64,000 nt of DNA, taken from NCBI RefSeq assembly GCF_964204645.1, contig NC_134030.1, positions 1,037,355 through 1,101,354 on the forward strand, read 5' to 3'. Origin of the DNA: Tubulanus polymorphus. Its lineage: Eukaryota > Animalia > Nemertea. Shown in pieces: positions 46,760 to 59,700 of this stretch. The notes beneath the pieces are model-generated. The model had not been told where the DNA came from. It saw only the letters and a list, made by a program, of their open reading frames with translations, and searched no databases. The position numbers and the translations under genes are program-made. Each line of letters opens with the position of its first letter. Within the stretch, counting starts at the first letter, position 1.

Positions 46760-47355
46760 CCCGACCTGTGTAATTCAGTGTCGAGAACCGCAGTTAAACG
46801 ATGAACCCGACCAGTGTAATTCAGTGTCGAGAACCGCAGTTAAACGATGAACCTGACCAGTGTAATTCAGTGTCAAGAACCGCAGTTAAACGATGAACCC
46901 GACCAGTGTAATTCAGTATTGAGAACCACAATTAAACGATGAACCGGACCAGTGTAATTCAGTGTCCAGAGCCGCAGTTAAACAATGAACCGGACCAGTG
47001 TAATTCAGTGTCGAGAACCGCAATTAAACGATGAACCGGACCAGTGTAATTAAGTGTCGAGAACCACAATTAAACAATGAACCGGACCAGTGTAATTCAG
47101 TGTCGAGAACCGCAATTAAACGATGAACCGGACCAGTGTAATTAAGTGTCAAGAACCACAATTAAACGATGAACCGGACCAGTGTAATTCAGTGTCGAGA
47201 ACCGCAATTAAACGATGAACCCGACCAGTGTAATTAAGTGTCGAGAACCACAATTAAACGATAAACCGGACCAGTGTAATTCAGTGTCGAGAACCGTAAT
47301 TAAACGATGAACCGGACCAGTTTAATTCAGTTTCGCAATAACCGCAATAAAACGA
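46760..47355. repeat. 46-bp tandem repeat, ~13 copies
   Basis: GTGTAATTCAGTGTCGAGAACCGCA(G/A)TTAAACGATGAACC(C/G)GACCA; period 46. Confidence 0.95.
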
Positions 47356-47524
47356 TAATCTGGAGTTGTAATAGTGTTGTGTATTTGCGTAGTGGATCAA
47401 GTGGAAGGATTTTAAGTGTATTTGGTGACTTTAATTCGTTCGCATCCAACAGAATCAACAAAGACATTACAAAAAACGACAAAAAATGATTGAATGTAAA
47501 TGCATTGAATTTAGGTTTGATGAT

Positions 47525-48245
47525 CAAGATAATCACTGATCAAGATTGACAGTTATAATCCATAATTGTTGAACTTGATCAGAGATTTTCAAGATCGATT
47601 TTAAGGTGATTCAGAAGTTTAAATCTGATGTTTTAATCTCTGGGACTCAGATATTAAATCAATAGATTTTTACTGCTGAATGATCTTCATGTACAGATGA
47701 GCTACAATTGTTCCTAGTGTGTTCTGTTAAGACTGATTAAAGGGTGGAAAAACTTGACTCAAATTCAAATTGAGTCGAGTTTTTCCAAGATAATCTCTGA
47801 TCAAGATCGGCAGTTACCGGTATAATCCATAATTGTTGAACTTGATTGGTGATTTTCAAGATCTGTTTTAAGGTGATTCAGAAGTGTGAATCTGATGTTT
47901 TAATCTCTGGGTTTCAGAGATTAAATCAATAGGTTTTAACTTCTGAATCACTTCGGGTTTAGGTAAGTTAAAGTGTTTCCTATTGTAATCTGTTAAACTG
48001 ATTAAAGGGTGGAAAAACTTGATTCAAATTAATAATCTGAATCAAGTTTTCCAATGATAATCCGCGATCAAGTTCGGCAGTTATAATTCATAACTGTTGA
48101 ACTCAATTCACAATTAAATGAACTGTTTTAAGGTGATTCAGAAGTATAAATCTGATGTTTAAATCTCTGGGTTTCAGAGATTAAATCAATAGGCTTTACT
48201 TCTGAATCACTGTTAGGTTTTGATAAGTTGTAAGTTGTTCCTATT
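47525..48245. repeat. ~262-bp diverged tandem repeat, ~2.7 copies
   Basis: GATAATC...GATCAAG..GGTGATTCAGAAGT..TCTGATGTTT recurs near 47528, 47789 and 48055. Confidence 0.85.
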
Positions 48246-48939
48246 GTTTAATGAATTGGTAGAAATTCTATTTTTAGGTGACAGGTCAAATAGATTAGAA
48301 CAGTAATTTATGCAGAGGTTGAATTAATTTAATGTTTGATATACCAAAGAATGGTTTATTGTGAAGATTTAATTAAAATCTTAAATAAAGAGTTGTTCAA
48401 TTTCATAAATGTTTTGTTTTCGATGAAGTTTTTTCATTTTCTGGATTTGAGGAATTTGACTTTAAACACATCGGTGGATTCAGCACAGTTCTGTGGACAC
48501 AGTTTTTGGACCGAGACACAGCTCAAGACCCAGTTACAAGTTCAACTGGACTCCATCCCAAAAAACCCTGGGCCCTTCAAACCTTTAAGTAAGATGCTCA
48601 CTTACAGATTCATAAAATTGACCCTTATTATCTTGTCATCTGCAGCACCATCTCAGAGGCTTAAACCAAGAATTTCTTGTAATGTTCAACAAATGTGAAT
48701 TACATTAAGTAATTTTTGAGATCGACTTACACCAGTATTGAGTTTTTTCTAAATCACAGTCTACTTATTTTATATTCATCCACGATTTCATAGCTCTTTA
48801 ACTATTCAACCCTTTCCCTGATGGGCCCTGGCCCCAATTGCTGAACCCAGTTCTCCAAGTCTAACTTCTGGGTTTAATGGTTTATCAGAGAATTAATGGA
48901 TTCATTGGAAATAATCTAACAATCAATAAAGTTGTTCTT

Positions 48940-49001
48940 TTTTGATACGGGCTAGACGTTGAGGGGCCCGCCCCGGGTTTTCTTTAAAGCTTTTGGCATT
49001 A
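48940..49001 (-). pseudogene. Frameshifted exon-1 copy (MPKALKKTRG...)
   Basis: TTTCTAG|ATA ATG CCA AAA GCT TTA AAG AAA ACC CGG, followed by a 2-nt deletion. Confidence 0.8.
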
Positions 49002-49071
49002 TCTAGAAAAACAAGTAAAAATATTAAATCATTTGAAAATATATCAGTCAGTCTTATTCTGGTTCAGTGAA

Positions 49072-49916
49072 CTAATTCTCTATATGGTGCATGTAGGGGT
49101 CCGGGAACACAACATCCACTAATTCTCTATATGGTGCATGTAGGGGTCCAGGGACACGACATCCACTAATTCTCTATATGGTGCATGTAGGGGTCCAGGG
49201 ACACCACATCCACTAATTCTCTATATGGTGCATGTAGGGGTCCAGGGACACGACATCCACTAATTCTCTATATGGTGCATGTAGGGGTCCGGGAACACAA
49301 CATCCACTAATTCTCTATATGGTGCATGTAGGGGTCCAGGGACACCACATCCACTAATTCTCTATATGGTGCATGTAGGGGTCCGGGAACACAACATCCA
49401 CTAATTCTCTATATGGTGCATGTAGGGGTCCGGGGACACCACATCCACTAATTCTCTATATGGTGCATGTAGGGGTCCAGGGACACCACATCCACTAATT
49501 CTCTATATGGTGCATGTAGGGGTCCGGGAACACAACATCCACTAATTCTCTATATGGTGCATGTAGGGGTCCGGGAACACCACATCCACTAATTCTCTAT
49601 ATGGTGCATGTAGGGGTCCGGGAACACAACATCCACTAATTCTCTATATGGTGCATGTAGGGGTCCAGGGACACGACATCCACTAATTCTCTATATGGTG
49701 CATGTAGGGGTCCAGGGACACCACATCCACTAATTCTCTATATGGTGCATGTAGGGCTCCAGGGACACCACATCCACTAATTCTCTATATGGTGCATGTA
49801 GGGGTCCAGGGACACCACATCCACTAATTCTCTATATGGTGCATGTAGGGGTCCAGGGACACAACATCCACTAATTCTCTATATGATGCATGTAGGGGTC
49901 CAGGGACACCACATCC
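49072..49916 (+). repeat. 47-bp satellite, ~18 copies, with array-specific variants (CCGGGAACACAAC)
   Basis: Same unit as 4292-5186. Confidence 0.97.
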
Positions 49917-50708
49917 TATTCTGTTTGGGGCATGGAGATTGCCCAGATTGCCTCTGCTAACAACAGACACCCATTCAACATTTCTCTTTATGGTACTTTC
50001 TTCTTCCTCTTTTCTCTCATTTTACAAATTGATATTCAACTATGACCTTTTTCATTTTGATATGATGTTTATCTTTACATCATGGTTGCTGGAGATTGTA
50101 CAAGGAATGACACAAGAAATAATATCCTTAGTTTTAAACTCACAGCTGTTTGCAATTCTTTCATTTAAGCACAGGTTCAATTGAAACGATGCATTCCTAT
50201 ACATATACGCAATCATATCTTTTTTCGAGTCATCATTCTCAGGGAAATTTGATCTCCACTCAGGTACAGTCTACTGGCTTGCCAGTTATCCTTTAACTTT
50301 TTTACAAAATTATCTTTTCAAAATGAATTACCATGAAAGCAGTAAATTTGAACTTGCCTTATCATAAGGGCTTTTTCTTTTACTCTTTGTTTTAGCTTTA
50401 GGTATCTTTGATTTGCTGGTGGTTTTAACATGCATGTTGAGGGAGCTCTATCAATCCAGGAACAGTCAGCTCACAAGCAGCCCCTGCCCAAAAGGTTTTG
50501 ACATTATATTTTCAAAAGCTCTAGTTGTTCTGTAGAACCGAGAGCGGAGCTCTGACTTGTTCCCCTCACTGCTGAGGTCTACTTTCTCTGATTCGCTGAT
50601 TGGCTTCTCTTTGGTACATATTGGATGATCAAAAACTAGAAACTGTCATGCGTTTATTCATTTTGGTATATGTTAAAATTCTTTTACAGTAATGGCATAT
50701 TAGGCACA

Positions 50709-51050
50709 TCAAAACAAATCCGGAATTGTCCCCGAACGAAGTGGCTCCCTCCACTCTCCATCAGTATGCCGGGCCACCACCTCTACCTCTCGGGCCACTC
50801 GATCACTCGCCAGCTTTTTGACGAGTGACCACCCAAGATACGGATGGAGGAGCAGGAGGAGCAGGACCCGCACCATCTCCAGCCCCACCACCATCCCTCC
50901 TCGGCCGCTTCCTATTTATCCCCTCCCCCACCCGATTACCTTCGTCAGCCGCACCATCCGCCGGGACCACTCTTGCTCCTCCTCCCTGCGGAGCCACGAC
51001 GACCGCAACTGGTACTTTTCGGTTTCTCATGGTTTCCCCACCATCTTTCA
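50709..51050 (-). pseudogene. Chimeric exon-8 paralogue (fusion of the two copies at 14957-15304 and 15633-16030)
   Basis: The left part matches 14957-15070 and the right part matches 15790-16030. Confidence 0.85.
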
Positions 51051-54000
51051 AAAGAGAACTATCGATATATCATTAGCTACAAGGAAACTTTTCAGAAACT
51101 TTTTCAGGTCATTCTTTCTTGTATTATTAGCATTTGATTCTCTATATATCGTCAGAACATGGACTCAGAGTGTTTCTTTAATGGTTAAGAATGTCTCTTT
51201 AACCAACATCCCCCTAGCCTGCTTCCTACATATCCCTTCCCTTTCCTCCTGATTACCTTTGATCCCCACTGCCTAGCAGCTAACAGCTGCTGCTATTTTA
51301 TCAGTCTCAATTAGTATTCAGTTTACTTCAGATAACGTAATTTGGTTTAATCACAAGTCGTCAACATTATAATCAATGTAACTACAGTGACTACATTATT
51401 GTCCTTTTATTGAGAAATTTATGTTAATTTTTTATTTCTGGGATAAATCAAAATTCAAATGTTATCATTTTTTGTATCAAAAATTGTAAAAAATTGAATA
51501 ATTTGTGTGCTATTGAAACATTCAGTTATGGGGAGTTTTTAGCTCAGAAAACTTTGAGCCTGTTTATACAAGTGTTGTAACAAGTGTTGAACAATTCAAA
51601 GATCATGTTTATTATACTTTGTCATGCAAGAAAGAAAAAATGTTTTCTAGTATATTGATGTTTCTAAAAAAACATATGATTCAACTTCAAACGGCCAACA
51701 AGCCTTCTAATAAAACTAGTTTGTCATATATATATATTACTTGGTCATTGTCAAGTTTTTTTAAAAATATTTTGGTTTTTTCAGCTTTCTCTGGTGGAAA
51801 TTTCTTCGTGGAATTCTTCTTCTATACAAGTTCCTCCTCAGACTGTTTTAATGCGAGAGTTTATAACAACCGGATCCTCAGAAAATGGTCGGAGTGCCAA
51901 GTCTTCGATTTAAGATCACCAGTCTTATCTGAGACCATAAGTTCACTAGCAAGTTTCACTAGCGATTCCAACAGCTATAGGATGGAACAGTATTATTATA
52001 TATGTCACCACTGTGCAATTGAGCCCAGATCATCAGAAAAAGATAAAAGTGAAGATATGTGATGGGATTCATTGAAAATTTTGCATATATAATTAATTCA
52101 TTGAACTACTTAATTTGTATGATTTATTTTTTGGGAATTTTCGAATTTGTCATCAATAACTAGTATATATTTCTTTTCAAGTTGTGAGCGATCTAGTTCT
52201 CTGTTGACCCATTGAAAATGAATCGACTCTGAACTGTAGAACTGGACCCAGGGAGCTGAATCTCGCGTGCCACAGCAAGATACAGAGCTCTTCAATGTCT
52301 TAACCGTCAGGTGCTGCCCCTAAACAAATCAATAGCGGTAAATCTGTGAACTAACTTATAGCTCGCTTGCCAGAGTAGAATCATAGCGAGCTGTCTAAAA
52401 TCTTGAACCGTCTAGTGCTGCCCCTTAATCGATATGTATCGGAAAAGTGAATTTATTACTCGCATGCCACAGTAGTTGAGTAGTTGGAACATCATGATAG
52501 ACTCGTTTTTCTGTGCAGCTATAACGGGAACTATTTCAGATCTGATAATGAATATAAACTCAGTCACAGTTCGATAACAAACGCCGCTGGGTGAAATTGA
52601 TGTAAACAAATAATCGTGTTGAAATTGAATTTAGTTTAAGACATATTTTCGTGGTAGTTTTTATTTTCAAGCTGTTTACGTTCACTTCAAATGATGAAAC
52701 GATGAAACCATATTAAATACATCCCTGTTTTAGTGGGGATTTTGAGTTTTGGTCCTTTCCGTATCTTCTAGAAACATCAAGTAGAAAGGCATTAACTGAA
52801 CCCTATGTCTTTAACTTCAGGAGTCTATATGGAGTTTTCGGATGCCTCTTTTCCTCACTTCTTGCATTCGTCACTATTAGAAATCTGGACAAACTGAATT
52901 CAGTTCGACGAGGCCGAAGAACAGAAGACCAAAGAGTGATCTGCACTAGCCGCAGGGTTCGTGTTGGCCTGGACCGGTGGGAGGCAATCAAACCCCGACA
53001 CGTGAAGATGTATCCTCAAAAATGGATACCGGAACGCTTCTCTGGTTTACGATGATTAGTCTGCTGGGATAACTCTTTGGCGGGGCGTGATCGCGTGAAT
53101 AGCCCAAACTAAACCTTCAGAGTTCACTGTACTACAGCATACAACATCTGATAACTTGCATAATAAAGCGCGGCGTGCATGAAAAGATTTGTATAAATGC
53201 GGGCAAGATTCCGTGCCCTGGCAATCGAACGCCGGAGTGGAGGTATTCCATACACTGGTAGGTGAGTCGGAGTAGACTGGTTGCTTGTCCCATAGAGACC
53301 GGTAACCAGTCTAGCCACCTCACGATCAGTCTACATTGAAAAACCATTACTGAAATATGGTTGACGGAAATATTCATTTTATATCAGATTCTAAAATATT
53401 TTCTCGTATTGAATACAAAATTTTTATTATCTTAATAAGATAAATCTGCCAAAGCTCAACAATTTAAATTAGTGAAAACCGATGTGCGAAGTCGTCAATT
53501 CAGTAGCCCGATAGAGCCCGGTAACCAGTCTAACTGACAATGTTCATTGCGCGGGAATGAACGGGCAACTAGTCTACGATGAAAAATCATTTCTGAAAAA
53601 TTATGAACGGAGATATTCATTTTACTTTGAATTTTGAATTATCTTATAAAACTGACAGCCATATTAACCAAAGTATTAATAGTAAATCTGATAAAATCTA
53701 ATACTGGTTTAAGAATAGGTGAAAACTGATTTATGTGAAGCCGTCGGTTCAGAAGACTGATCCGTAGAATCGTTCGCCACTTTCTTCCGGTCCACTTACT
53801 TCCGCGTTTGTGATTTGCATACAAGTAGTTTGAATGTTAAATGTATTAAGCCGCGTGTTGATTGGTTGAGGTCAGTGCGGTTTACTGAACGATGACCAGC
53901 TGTCAGCTGATCGAATCATTCGTTTCACAGACATTACGACGTAAGTATATTTTACATCTTTGATCAAAAATTGTAGTGTAAAAAAACTCAAAACTAAGGC

Positions 54001-54563
54001 CTCTATAAATGATCGATTGACTTTAAATGATTACTTTAGCACAGCTCTTGTAGACAATGATTAGGTGTCATAGTAGTTTAGCTCGAAAGTGCACATATAA
54101 GGTTAATTTTCATCCCTTATTTAGAGACCGAGGTATTGAGCGTCCATTTCAGCCCTTAAAACATCATCAACCTACCTCAAACTGACTGTTTTTAAATCCA
54201 GCAATAGTTGACTATTGACTCATCATGGATTCGATTCAAAAACAATTTTTGATGATCATAGTGATTCGAAACGTTTGAATTTTTGAAAAACACGAATGCT
54301 AAACGACAGATCCGGACTTCGATTGCGGCCCAATGGCAGAGTTGATTTTCTTATTTGGAATTTGAAGATATAAATCACTGAAATCAATTGGTTTTCTGAA
54401 CCAAAATTAAAATTAAGAAGTATTTAGGATGGAGATGTTTGATTTTCATTTTGTCTAAAATGCCGACTTAAAAATTAATTCAATTGAATCAAATTAATGA
54501 ATTCATCATTTCACGATATTAGGCCTATAGATAATCAAAGTGTGAATATGAAATCACCTTTTC

Positions 54564-55650
54564 AATCGCTGTTTTTGGGTAAGATCGCAGTTTTTAGGTA
54601 AGATCGCAGTTTTTAGGTTAGATCGCTGTTTTGAGGTTAGATCACCGTTTTGTGTTAGATTGCGGTTTTGTGTTAGATCACTTTTTTGTGTTAGATCGCT
54701 GTTTTGTTTTAGATCGCTGTTTTAGGTTAGATCGCAGTTTTTAGGTTACATTGCAGTATTTGGGTTAGACCGCAGTTTTTTGTTAGATCGCAGTTTTTAA
54801 GTTAGATCGCTGTTTTGGGTTAGATCACAGTTTTTGTGTTAGATCGCTGTTTTAGGTTAGATCGCAGTTTTTGTGTTAGATTGCATTTTTGTGTTAGATC
54901 ACTGGTTTTTTGTTAGATCGCAGTTTTTAGGTTAGATGGCAGTTTTTAAGTTAGATGGCTGTTTTGTATTAGATCGCTGTTTTTAGGTTAGATTGCTGTT
55001 TTTAGGTTAGATCGCTGTTTTGTGTTAGATCGCTGTTTTTAGGTTAGATCACAGTTTTTGTGTTAGATCACAGCTTTTAGGTTAGATTGCTGTTTTTAGG
55101 TTAGATGGCTGTTTTTAGGTTAGATCCCTTTTTTTCTTAGATCGCAGTATTTAGGTTAGATCGCTTTTTTTGGATTAGATCGCAGTTTTTGGGTTAGATC
55201 GCAGTTATTGTGTTAGATCGCTGTTTTTGGGTTAGATCGCTGTTTTTGGGTTAGACGGCAGTGTTTAGGTTAGATTGCAGTTTTTAGGTTAGAACAATGT
55301 TTTTCTGTTAGATCGCAGTTTTTTTGTTAGATCGCAGTTTTTAGGTTAGATCGCAATTTTTTGTGTAAGATCGCAGTTTTTTGTTAGGTCGCTGTTTTTG
55401 GGTTAGAAAGCTGTTTTTGTGTTAGATTTGTGTTTTTAGGTTAGATCGCTATTTTTGTGTTAGATCGCTGTTTTTGGGTTAGATGGCTGTTTTTGGGTTA
55501 GATGGCTGTTTTTGGGTTTGATCGCTGTTTTTGGGTTAGATCGCTGTTTTTGGGTTAGATCGCTGTTTTTAGGTTAGATCGCTGTTTTTGGGTTAGATCG
55601 CTCTTTTTGGGTTAGATCGCTCTTTTTGGGTTAGATCACTGTTTTTGTGT
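54564..55650 (+). repeat. 19-21-bp minisatellite, copy B (~1.1 kb)
   Basis: Same unit as 20533-22495. Confidence 0.95.
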
Positions 55651-55700
55651 TTTTGTCAATCATCATATCAAGATTTGCAATCCCAGTTGCCTTCAAGTTT

Positions 55701-56656
55701 CATATAGAGAATTAGTGGATGTGGTGTCCCTGGACCCCTACATGCATCATATAGAGAATTAGTGGATGTGGTGTCCCTGGACCCCTACATGCACCATATA
55801 GAGAATTAGTGGATGTGGTGTCCCTGGACCCCTACATGCACCATATAGAGAATTAGTGGATGTGGTGTCCCTGGACCCCTACATGCACCATATAGAGAAT
55901 TAGTGGATGTGGTGTCCCTGGACCCCTACATGCACCATATAGAGAATTAGTGGATGTGGTGTCCCTGGACCCCTACATGCACCATATAGAGAATTAGTGG
56001 ATGTGGTGTCCCTGGACCCCTACATGCACCATATAGAGAATTAGTGGATGTGGTGTCCCTGGACCCCTACATGCACCATATAGAGAATTAGTGGATGTGG
56101 TGTCCCTGGACCCCTACATGCACCATATAGAGAATTAGTGGATGTGGTGTCCCTGGACCCCTACATGCACCATATAGAGAATAAGTGGATGTGGTGTCCC
56201 TGGACCCCTACATGCACCATATAGAGAATTAGTGGATGTTGTGTCCCTGGACCCCTACATGCACCATATAGAGAATTAGTGGATGTGGTGTCCCTGGACC
56301 CCTACATGCACCATATAGAGAATTAGTGGATGTGGTGTCCCTGGACCCCTACATGTACCATATAGAGAATTAGTGGATGTGGTGTCCCTGGACCCCTACA
56401 TGCACTATATAGAGAATTAGTGGATGTGGTGTCCCTGGACCCCTACATGCACCATATAGAGAATAAGTGGATGTGGTGTCCCTGGACCCCTACATGCACC
56501 ATATAGAGAATTAGTGGATGTGGTGTCCCTGGACCCTTACATGCACCATATAAAGAATTAGTGGATGTGGTGTCCCTGGACCCCTACATGCACCATATAG
56601 AGAATTAGTGGATGTGGTGTCCCTGGACCCCTACATGCACCATATAAAGAATTAGT
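55701..56656 (-). repeat. 47-bp satellite, ~20 copies
   Basis: Same unit, ending ~70 bp upstream of exon 1 of copy B. Confidence 0.97.
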
Positions 56657-56727
56657 TCACTGAACCAGAATAAGACTGACTGATATATTTTCAAATGATT
56701 TAATATTTTTACTTGTTTTTCTAGAAG

Positions 56728-59700
56728 ATGCCTAAAGCAACAAAAAAAACACGGGGCGCGGGCCCCTCACATTCAAGCCCGTATAATAAAGTAAGTACAA
56801 ATTTACTGCTTCCATGCTTATTTATTCATCCCATACTTAGTATTTTGTACCCCTGGGTCCAGTTTCACAAAAAGGATTAACGCCTAAATCGATTTAAGAT
56901 AAACTGAATTAATGAAGAAATTAAATCGATTTAAGAGTTAAACCTGTTTGTGAAACTAGGCCCTGAATTGCATCTAGAATAAAAAAAAAGAAAAAAAAAA
57001 TATTGAAAATAATGTTGGTGAAATATTTCTGGATCTCTCTGGATTTCTGCTCAATGCATCGTTTAGTAAAATATCGATATTCTCTAAAAGTAAAGATATA
57101 AGAATAAAAATATTGTATTGAATCGTGATTAGTTACTGTATGCACTGCTAGTTGTTGCCCAACCCATAGCCTCATTTCTCTCCATTCTAAATTTGCATTG
57201 TTTAACATTGTCTGGTCGCTATGGAAACTATTTATTTAAGTTTCTTTGTGGTATCCATGGCAACAGTAACGTTTAGGTAGTGTGACCAATTATGGGTCCC
57301 AACGTTCCCATGGCGATACATGAGAACATTTATCCTATTTTTGACCTACATGACGTAAGATGGTAGTGAGTCGATGACGTCATTTTCGTCTCACCACTAA
57401 TGAAAAAAAAAATTAAATGAAAAAAAAGGAAGAAATCGTTAGAATTACGTTTATGAAATTTTTCTGGATCGGCTAAATGTATTTTTCCATTAAATATCGA
57501 CATTCTCTAAAATTATAGGCATCAATATCAAAATGATGATACAGCAGACTCCGCTTAACTCTGTTCTATTTGGACCATTAATTAACCGAATACCAACTTT
57601 TTAAAATTTTAGGATTTTTACTTTAAGGATCAGAAAATGTGTATGCAATATCAACCGGGTACCGAGTAGGGTGGCCGAGTCTACTGTAGTCTGCTGCCCC
57701 CTCGAATCCATTACCTTATTATCTCTCAATTTGCATTGTTTGACCTCGTCTGGTTGCTATGGAAACTATTTAGTTATATCAGGAACGGTTTTTTCGAGGT
57801 AACCAGTGGCAACATTTAACAGGCGTGTCCGTCCTAGAGATAAACTGTCTGATTTCACAGCCACATCCGTCCTGGAGATAAACTGTTAGATAAACTCTGA
57901 TTTCGCGTCTGTCCTATTTCTTGTCATTGTATGAATATGTTTTCTCTTTTATAGGGTACAGCGCAGCAACAACAACAGCAACAACAACAACAACAACAAC
58001 AACAGCAACAGCAACAACAACAACAAAAATTTGATATTTCTATGTCCGGAATAGACGTAAGTTATCGTAAACGCCTGTTTGAAGTCATCATTCTTGAGCT
58101 TGAAACCGAAATTTATATTATAGAATATTAAACCCTGCTTCTGCTACTGACAGGTAATGTCCGTCATACATTACTGCATCGTCAAATCTATACCAGGGTG
58201 CACCCAGGCAGATCGTTCGCATCATCACATGCAAAGGGCTGATTATTTTGGAACCCAGTTTTTATCAGCTGGAACATTCTGCACATTCGACCATATTGAT
58301 TGATAGCCCGTTATAGACGAGTGGAGAAAAACTGAAAAACCAGTTCGGAAAAACTTCGATTGATTTCACTCACATTTACAGAAATTTGGTCCGACCCCAA
58401 AACCATTTACTTACACTATACAAATCAGATCAGGTTTTTAACATTGTCTTTGATTGTATTTTCAGTTTTTACCCACAACGCCGCCCAGTGGTGTTTCGAC
58501 GCCGGTAAGTGATAACTATTTTCTAATAAATCACGCTTATTTCAATTTGTAATTTGAAAATAGAGGGTAGTAGCTGTTATGTATAAATTATGCTAATTAG
58601 GAATAAATTCAAATTCGATTAAGTCTCATCATCGTAGAAGTCATATATTAATGATGCTATCTCTAAAGTTGTCATTTAAATTAAGTGTTATATTTACTAC
58701 TTCATTTGCTTCATGACCCAAAAACCTCTACTATATAACTACTGGTTTTGTTCTAATCTTGGAGAATTTGCTGCAAAATTTACTTATCATTTGTTAAACA
58801 GTTTTTATTGAAAACCTGAATCAGTGATACATGCATTCATGAATATCCATCTAATATTTTGTTTTATTTTATCTTTACAGGATTTATCACCGATACAGCA
58901 CGTGGACGTAAGAGATTAAACATTGATCTTGAATTTTAAGTTCAAACTAATTTATTTTTTATCTCACTCGGGACTATAGTTATTGCGTTCACTTTGCGTC
59001 CAGTTGTCTCGGGTAGTTTTTGATTTATCGTGTTGATAATTGGTTTATATACTCAAACTCAAAATATCGGCGCAATTGGAATTAAGATGGCGCACTTGTA
59101 TGTCCATTTTTTTCCCCGGCAAAATTAGCACTTTAGCAGATTTTAAGGATCAATTCTGTTGTTATATTACATTGAAATCAGAGTTTAATATATATCGGTA
59201 TAGAGCAGATTTTTGCTCTAGTTATAAATAAAGTTATAAATAATCTCATGACATGTTCTGTATATGTGTAGTGAGTTTCAATGTCTTTGGTTCCTTTTAA
59301 ACCAGGGGGAGTTAAATTTGAAAATGTCAGATCGTCGAGCATTTCAGACCGCATCCAAAGTGGGTCCCTGCACCCCTAGTTATACCGTTAATATTTTAAT
59401 AATACATTAATATTTTTATTTGATAGAATATATTGATATACCATACATTGATATCGGTCTTGTAATTGGATCAACAACCATGAGATCAAAACACAGCAAA
59501 TATGAACCTGCTGTGAATCAATAGATTTGTGAAAAATGTAATGAAATTGTTATTTTTCATATTGACTTTTTGAGTTAAGGGTCTGTTGTATAAGAGTCTT
59601 TGGTCTCGCGTGTCAATGTATGATATCAATCTGTTGTATTTCCTCGTTCCAATGTTTAAAAGGTGTTCGTCACCTTATATTAATAAACTACTTTAACCAT

